From Candidatus Hopanoidivoransaceae bacterium (lineage in GTDB: Bacteria > Actinomycetota > Acidimicrobiia > Acidimicrobiales > Hopanoidiivorantaceae): a DNA stretch of 64,000 bases. The translations under genes and the position numbers were made by a program. A model generated the notes under the pieces. The model did no database searches. It was not told where the DNA came from and saw only the letters and a program-made list of their open reading frames with translations. Positions 58,563 through 64,000 of the stretch are shown one piece after another. The number at the start of each line of letters is the position of its first letter. The first letter of the stretch is position 1. The stretch is taken from contig OZ241989.1 of the NCBI GenBank assembly GCA_965204495.1, positions 1,184,312-1,248,311 of the forward strand, given 5' to 3'.

Positions 58563-60353
58563 ATGCCAACAAGCAAGAAATCCATTCGCAGGAAGATAAT
58601 GGCAATCGTTGCTATCGTCTTCGCCCTAGCCCTAGTTGCATCAGCCTGCGGCAGCGACGACGATGACGATGCCGAAGACACAGGCCAGGTTGAGGTAACC
58701 ACGCCGACAACACAAGCCCCAGAGCCTCCAGCCGAGCCCGGCGAAGACCCCGAGCCCGGCGAAACGCAACCCCCGGCTACGCCTCCGCCCACCACCACGA
58801 CCGAAGCTCCTGAAGTGGCTACCGGCGGAGAGTGCACCGAAGACCTCAAGGGAGGCGAAATCACTTTCGGCGTGTTCTCTGAGACGGCAGGTCTTGACCC
58901 GACCGTTTCCACCGGCTCAGGCGTAACCGGCATGAACGAGCTGATGGCGATCTACGACATCCTGATCCGTTTGGACAGAAACACAGGCGAGTACATCCCC
59001 CATCTGGCTGAATCCTTGGAGCCAAACGATGATGCCACAGTCTGGACTCTTGGACTGCGTGAAGGCATAACCTTCGGCAACGGCGACCCGCTAAATGCCG
59101 ATGCTGTGATTGCCAGCATTGACCGGTTCAACAACACCGATCGCGCGCTCGGTCAGGGCAACCAGTCTGGAGCGTTCGTGTCGTACATTACCGAAATGGT
59201 CGCTGTAGACGACCTCACAGTCCGATTCACTCTGGATGAACCCTGGGGCACCTTCCCCTACACCCTTGCTGACGAGCCAGGCATGATCGTGAATGTGAAT
59301 GTTCTCAACAGCTTCTCAGACGAGGAAAATCCCATAGCTGCTTTCAGCAGAAATCCAGTGGGAGCAGGAGCTGGCCCATATGAGGTAGAGCGCTACGCCC
59401 CCGGTGAAGAAATAGTGCTTCGCGCCAAAGACGACTACTGGGGCGGCCCGGTCTGCATTGAGAAGATCACTTTCGTGCGCTTCGCCGGAGCGTCGGCCAC
59501 ATATGACGCCTTCCAGAATGACGATGTCCAGGTGGCCTTTTTGCGTGAGCCGAGGGCTATCTCTGAAGCCCGTGAAAACGGCGACGAAAATGCTCTGGTG
59601 TTCTTGCAGAACACCGGCGGGGTGATTCTGATCAACAACGGCGTACGGGGATCAACCCCGCCGACTGCCGATGTGCGCCTCCGCAGAGCTATTTTCTTAG
59701 CCACCGACACTGATGTCATGGATCAGCGAGCCAACGACGGCACTGGCTTGCCGGGCAAAACTCTGCTGTCTGAGAGGTCTTTCTACTATGATGCCGATCT
59801 TTTCCCAGAATTCCCGACGGATGCCGATGAAGCTCGCGCACTTGTGGAAGAAGTCAAAGCAGAAGGCAACTGGGACGGCACCATCCGCTTGCATTGCCAC
59901 AACGCTCCTAGCCGCGTAGACTGGGCGATCGCAGCAGAAGCCCTGCTTGAAAATGCGGGCTTTGATGTGGAAGTCATCAACGACGGCACCATTCAAGACC
60001 TGATCGGAGCGGTAATAATACAGGCCGACTACGACCTTGCCTGCTGGGGTTTCAACTTGGCAGACGACACTCCGTACATACCAGTTCTGCAGCACACCTG
60101 CACCTCGCGGTCTAATCGCACGGGATACTGCAGCGAAGACATGGATGCCGCCATCGCCAGCTTGCGCGCTGCCGGCACATACGCAGAGACACAGCGAGCA
60201 TTGGCCGACATCTGGGAGGAATGGCAAGAGACAGTGCCGAGCGTGTCTTATGAGACTATTGAAGAGTACATCCTCTTCAAGGACAACATAAGGGGAGTCA
60301 TCGGAACTCAGGCATCTGGCGTGCTGTTCCACGACGCATACATAGAGCAGTAG
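58563..60353 (+). CDS. ABC transporter substrate-binding lipoprotein (family 5, peptide/nickel type)
   Basis: Lipobox LVASAC and an acidic/Pro-rich linker. ~600 aa, inside a peptide-type ABC operon. Confidence 0.75.
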   Translation: MPTSKKSIRRKIMAIVAIVFALALVASACGSDDDDDAEDTGQVEVTTPTTQAPEPPAEPGEDPEPGETQPPATPPPTTTTEAPEVATGGECTEDLKGGEITFGVFSETAGLDPTVSTGSGVTGMNELMAIYDILIRLDRNTGEYIPHLAESLEPNDDATVWTLGLREGITFGNGDPLNADAVIASIDRFNNTDRALGQGNQSGAFVSYITEMVAVDDLTVRFTLDEPWGTFPYTLADEPGMIVNVNVLNSFSDEENPIAAFSRNPVGAGAGPYEVERYAPGEEIVLRAKDDYWGGPVCIEKITFVRFAGASATYDAFQNDDVQVAFLREPRAISEARENGDENALVFLQNTGGVILINNGVRGSTPPTADVRLRRAIFLATDTDVMDQRANDGTGLPGKTLLSERSFYYDADLFPEFPTDADEARALVEEVKAEGNWDGTIRLHCHNAPSRVDWAIAAEALLENAGFDVEVINDGTIQDLIGAVIIQADYDLACWGFNLADDTPYIPVLQHTCTSRSNRTGYCSEDMDAAIASLRAAGTYAETQRALADIWEEWQETVPSVSYETIEEYILFKDNIRGVIGTQASGVLFHDAYIEQ

Positions 60354-60372
60354 CTCACTGCCAGAGGATTAT

Positions 60373-60413
60373 CAGGTACCCGCCGCCGTAAAAGTGGCGG
60401 GTACCTGTCTTTT
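60373..60413 (+). terminator. Intrinsic terminator/attenuator hairpin after the binding-protein gene
   Basis: CAGGTACCCGCC-N11-GGCGGGTACCTG forms a perfect 12-bp stem, followed by TCTTTT. Confidence 0.7.
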
Positions 60414-60426
60414 GGGCAGGTAAATC

Positions 60427-61569
60427 ATGGCTCGGCTAGTCGCGCTGAAACTTCTCCGGCTAGTGCTGCTGATGTTCATCGTGACGGCAGCAGTTTTCGT
60501 GCTCATCAGCGTGGTGCCGGGCGACCCAGCGGTAGCTGTTCTCGGCTCGGAAGCCACACTTGCCGAATACGAGCGGGTCAGAGCAGAACTCAATCTGGAT
60601 GATCCCATTTGGGAGCGTTACGCGTCTTGGCTGGGCGATGCTGTTACAGGCGACCTTGGCAATCAGTTGACCAACCAAGCGTTCACTGTGGTCGAGCGCA
60701 TTCAGCAGACATTCCCCGTCACACTGGAAATAGCCTTGCTTTCCATGGTGATCGCCTTGCTGGTGTCAATACCGCTGGGCATATTCGCTGCGCTATATCA
60801 GGGCAGGATTTTTGACAGGTTTTCAAGCGGGACGGCTTTCGCAGCCATCGCCCTCCCCAGTTTTCTTTTAGGTTTGCTGTTGAAATTTTTTTTCGTGGAC
60901 AACGACCGGCAGGAAATCTCTAAAAACTTAGTGCTGGTGCTGATCCTGTTCGTTGCTGCCTGGCTGCTTTGGCGAGCTTTAGCGCAGCTGGTTGCAAGGG
61001 GCAGCCGAAAACAGAATTCTTCAACCGATTTTTCTTTGGCTGTCGTGGTTGTAGCAGTGGCTTTGGCATTTTATCTTTGGTGGCCTGACGACTTCAAGAG
61101 CGGAGGATTTGCTCGCCTCACTAGCGATGAAGGCCTTTTGGCCAACCTGAGAGACGCTCTTTTGCCAGCTCTGACGATAGCCATCACTGAAATAGCGGTG
61201 TTCATGCGCCTGCTGCGTTCCGACATTGCCTCAACGCTGCAGGAAGATTTCATTTTGGCGGCCAGAACCAGGGGATTGTCCCGCCAGCGCATCCTCTTTC
61301 GCCACGCTCTGCGCCCCTCGTCTTTTTCGCTTATCACGCTTGCGGGCGTGTCGTTCGGCCGTGCCATCGGCGGCACAGTCATCGTGGAGACTGTTTTCAA
61401 ACTGCCGGGAATGGGCACATTTATCGTAAATCAGGGGGTCAATTTGTCGGATTACAATGTGGTGCTAGGCGGGGTGGTCGTATTCACCACAGCCTTCATG
61501 CTGCTCAATACCGGCGTGGACATCGCCTATAACTACCTTGACCCGAGGATTCGCCGTGGCAGACGCTAA
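60427..61569 (+). CDS. ABC transporter permease (DppB/OppB type)
   Basis: N-terminal LLRLVLLMFIVTAAVFVLISVVPGDPA; polytopic. It has an extra hydrophobic insertion relative to typical length. Confidence 0.8.
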   Translation: MARLVALKLLRLVLLMFIVTAAVFVLISVVPGDPAVAVLGSEATLAEYERVRAELNLDDPIWERYASWLGDAVTGDLGNQLTNQAFTVVERIQQTFPVTLEIALLSMVIALLVSIPLGIFAALYQGRIFDRFSSGTAFAAIALPSFLLGLLLKFFFVDNDRQEISKNLVLVLILFVAAWLLWRALAQLVARGSRKQNSSTDFSLAVVVVAVALAFYLWWPDDFKSGGFARLTSDEGLLANLRDALLPALTIAITEIAVFMRLLRSDIASTLQEDFILAARTRGLSRQRILFRHALRPSSFSLITLAGVSFGRAIGGTVIVETVFKLPGMGTFIVNQGVNLSDYNVVLGGVVVFTTAFMLLNTGVDIAYNYLDPRIRRGRR

Positions 61570-62575
61570 ACCAGCGATGTTGTTTGTCGGCATTGCCGCC
61601 TTTCTGGCTGGCATTGCCTTGGTCGTGGTCGGCACAGCCGTCTTGACGGGCAGCGATGCGCTGATCAGAGGCATCTTGGCGATTCTGGGAATTGTGGTCG
61701 GCTACTTGGGGCTGAATGAGCTTGCCAAATCAATTTTCGGAGAGAAGTTTGACACAGGGCTGTGGCTGGCCATCTTCTGGTTCGCGATAGTCGTTCTGGC
61801 TGCTATTTTTGCCGACCTTTTGCCCCTGTCGGAATCACGAGACGCTTCCAAAACCATACTTTCTGGCACTCCCACTCTCAAGCGGCCCGACATTTTCTCA
61901 GCCAACCCTCTCGGCACGGATCGCCAAGCTCTGGACATTTTAGGCGGAGTGATCTATGGAGCCAGAGTGTCCCTTCAGGTGAGTCTCGGAGCGCTTGCGA
62001 TAGGCATAGCTGCGGGCGGCATCATCGGCGTCATTGCCGGCTATTTCAGCAGAAAGCTGGACACAGTCATCGGAGTCATCACCGACTCTATTCTTTCTGT
62101 ACCTCCGCTTATTCTGCTGTTGGTGCTGGTGACAGTCTTGGAACCGAGCCCCCTCAATATGTCGCTCACTTTGGCGGCGGTTGGCGTTCCGACTTATATC
62201 CGCCTGGCCAGGGCCAATACTTTGGTGTTCGCTCAGCGCGAGTTTGTGCTGGCGGCCCGAGCTATGGGGGCGAGCCGCAAGCGGATCGTGTTCCGAGAAC
62301 TGGTGCCCAATGTGGCTTTGCCGCTGCTCAGCTACGCTTTCATCATCGTGGCTGTGCTGATTGTGGCTGAGGCGTCTTTGAGCTTTTTGGGCATCGGCAT
62401 TCAGCGGCCCGAGCCTACTTGGGGCAACATGATCGCAGCAGGCCAAGACGATTTTGACAGGCACCCCCATTTGGTGTTCATACCCGGGATTGTGATGTTC
62501 TTGACGGTGTTCGCTCTCAATCGCATAGGCGAGAAAGCTCGCGAGCTGTGGGATCCGAGAGAGTCTAAGGTGTAG
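61538..62575 (+). CDS. ABC transporter permease (DppC/OppC type; start uncertain: 61538, 61556 or 61577)
   Basis: LAARAMGASRKRIVFRELVPNV permease signature. GTG 61556 has AGGA 6 nt upstream. Confidence 0.75.
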   Translation: MTRGFAVADAKPAMLFVGIAAFLAGIALVVVGTAVLTGSDALIRGILAILGIVVGYLGLNELAKSIFGEKFDTGLWLAIFWFAIVVLAAIFADLLPLSESRDASKTILSGTPTLKRPDIFSANPLGTDRQALDILGGVIYGARVSLQVSLGALAIGIAAGGIIGVIAGYFSRKLDTVIGVITDSILSVPPLILLLVLVTVLEPSPLNMSLTLAAVGVPTYIRLARANTLVFAQREFVLAARAMGASRKRIVFRELVPNVALPLLSYAFIIVAVLIVAEASLSFLGIGIQRPEPTWGNMIAAGQDDFDRHPHLVFIPGIVMFLTVFALNRIGEKARELWDPRESKV

Positions 62576-62633
62576 TTGCCAGCAGATAAATGCGAATATG
62601 CACCAGTGCTGAGAAGCGCAGGAAGGAGCGAAC

Positions 62634-63854
62634 ATGACAGCAGCGGCTGAAGCCACAGGCCCGATGGCGGGGGTGCGGGTGGTGGAACTAGGGGTGTGGG
62701 TGGCAGGGCCGGCGGCAGGGGGGATCTTGGCCGACTGGGGTGCTGATGTGATCAAGATAGAGCCGCCAGGGGGCGACCCTGCTCGGATTTTCGGGCAGAT
62801 GCTAGGGGGCGATTTGCCCACTAATCCGCCTTTTGAAATGGATAATCGGTCTAAGCGGTCTATCGTTTTGGACTTGGCTCAGGCTGAAGCGCGGGAGGTG
62901 GCTAAAGAGCTGATAGCTGGGGCCGATGTGTTCTTGACCAACTTGCGGCTGAGCGCGCTGGAACGCTTGGGCTTGGATTACGAGACTCTGAGCCGAGACC
63001 ATCCCGAGCTCATCTATTGCAGCATCACCGGCTACGGCACCGAAGGCCCCGATGCCGACCGCCCTGCCTATGACATCGCAGCTTTCTGGGCACGCTCGGG
63101 GATCGCCTCGGTGCTCACGCCCCCCGGCGGCAATCCGCCGTTTCAGCGGGGCGGGATGGGGGATCACTCTGTGGGATTGGCGGGCGCATCGGCTGTGTCG
63201 GCCGCGCTGTTTCATCGGGAGCGCACGGGCGAAGGTCAGTTCGTCTCCACTTCGCTCTTGCGCCAAGGCATCTACACCATCAGCTTTGATCTCAACTGCA
63301 AGCTGATGTGGGGCAACGAAATCCAAGTCGGCACCCGTGAAGGCATGGGCAACCCTTGCATCAACAACTATGTGGCAGGCGACGGCAAGCGGTTCTGGAT
63401 CGTAGGGCTGGAAGGCGAACGGCACTGGCCTCCCCTGGCCAGAGCTGTCGGCTACCCCGAATGGCTAGAAGACGACCGCTTCAGCAGCCCGTTGGGTCGC
63501 TTCCAGAACGCCCGCGAGCTTATCTCGCTCCTAGACGAGGTGTTCGCCACCAAAACCCTAGAAGAATGGTCTCAAATCTTCGCCACCGAAGAAGACTTCT
63601 TCTGGGCGCCAGTCAACACCCCCGACGACCTCCTAGCCGACCCGCAGTTCGGCCCATCAGGAGCAATGGTCGAAGTCCCCGACGGCGCCGGCGGCACCAA
63701 CATGATAGCCTCCCCCTGCGACTTCCACGGCTCCCCTTGGGCACCCCGCTCTGTAGCCCCAGAGTTAGGAGCCAACACCGAAGAAATCCTCAAAGAACTA
63801 GGCAAACCCCCCGCCGCCATCGCCGCCCTCCGAAAAGCTAGCGCAATCGGATAG
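62634..63854 (+). CDS. CoA-transferase family III (CaiB/BaiF type)
   Basis: GVRVVELGVWVAGPAAGGILADWGADVIKIEPPGGDP. Confidence 0.85.
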   Translation: MTAAAEATGPMAGVRVVELGVWVAGPAAGGILADWGADVIKIEPPGGDPARIFGQMLGGDLPTNPPFEMDNRSKRSIVLDLAQAEAREVAKELIAGADVFLTNLRLSALERLGLDYETLSRDHPELIYCSITGYGTEGPDADRPAYDIAAFWARSGIASVLTPPGGNPPFQRGGMGDHSVGLAGASAVSAALFHRERTGEGQFVSTSLLRQGIYTISFDLNCKLMWGNEIQVGTREGMGNPCINNYVAGDGKRFWIVGLEGERHWPPLARAVGYPEWLEDDRFSSPLGRFQNARELISLLDEVFATKTLEEWSQIFATEEDFFWAPVNTPDDLLADPQFGPSGAMVEVPDGAGGTNMIASPCDFHGSPWAPRSVAPELGANTEEILKELGKPPAAIAALRKASAIG

Positions 63855-63917
63855 AAAAGAAGGTTGTTCTGCTATTATGGGTGATGGTAATCCAACCGTA
63901 TGCGGAGAAAATGATAT

Positions 63918-64000
63918 ATGAACTTGACACTCATCGCTGTGGTGCACGAAGCAGAAGAAGGCGGTTTTTGGGCTGAGATTCCCAGTCTTCCCGGCTGCTA
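63918..64000 (+). CDS. HicB-like antitoxin family protein, N-terminal fragment (runs off the window)
   Basis: Hand translation MNLTLIAVVHEAEEGGFWAEIPSLPGC matches the UPF0150/HicB N-terminal pattern. Confidence 0.45.
   Translation, partial: MNLTLIAVVHEAEEGGFWAEIPSLPGC

Overview
All calls come from reading the sequence and the supplied ORF track by eye. Hand-located coordinates may be off by 1-2 nt, and no database search was possible.

The window looks like a moderately high-GC chromosome, probably actinobacterial. That is an inference from gene content, Thr/Pro-rich lipoprotein linkers and TANNNT promoters sitting directly on start codons.

Layout:
- 1-7895: the 5' part of a giant minus-strand gene that runs off the window and is missing from the ORF track. 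It encodes a signal peptide plus roughly two dozen ~100-aa Cys-containing modules.
- 8.0-23.5 kb: ordinary metabolism and transport (crotonase, livFGHM-type ABC transporter, thiolase, APC permease, Liv-type binding protein, SDR, D-aminoacylase). It is interrupted at 13.1-15.4 kb by an AT-richer two-gene cassette of an AAA+/DUF4143-type ATPase and an unknown partner.
- 23.7-28.6 kb: a small accessory patch with a DUF433/PIN-like three-gene cassette, two tandem paralogous lipoproteins and a DUF2442-like gene.
- 28.9-35.9 kb: sulfotransferase, MOSC, LLM oxidoreductase, CoA-transferase, SnoaL-like protein and a CopA-type P-type ATPase.
- 36.0-54.1 kb: a split type I-G (formerly I-U) CRISPR-Cas locus. 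On the plus strand it has cas4/cas1, an intervening Liv-type binding-protein gene, cas2, a leader and a 34-repeat array. About 5 kb of AT-richer cargo follows (second AAA+/DUF4143 ATPase, decayed repeats, Cys-rich lipoprotein, Hsp20). The effector operon csb1-csb2-cas3-cas8u-like lies on the minus strand.
- 54.2-64.0 kb: small membrane genes, arsC, an RDD protein, a peptide-type ABC operon, a second CoA-transferase and the start of a HicB-like gene.

Most notable observations:
1. Three places outside the array (one intergenic, two inside livF) have a 36-37-nt direct duplication flanking an unrelated 35-36-nt insert. This is exactly the repeat and spacer geometry of the resident CRISPR, so they are candidate fossil ectopic spacer integrations.
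2. A gene sits between the last intact CRISPR repeat and degenerate repeats.
3. C9/G9 homopolymer tracts lie in and just upstream of the first codons of the giant surface-protein gene.
4. A perfect 16-bp inverted repeat carries outward promoters for the cas operon and arsC.
5. Gene 3' ends are repeatedly duplicated in tandem together with their stop codon.
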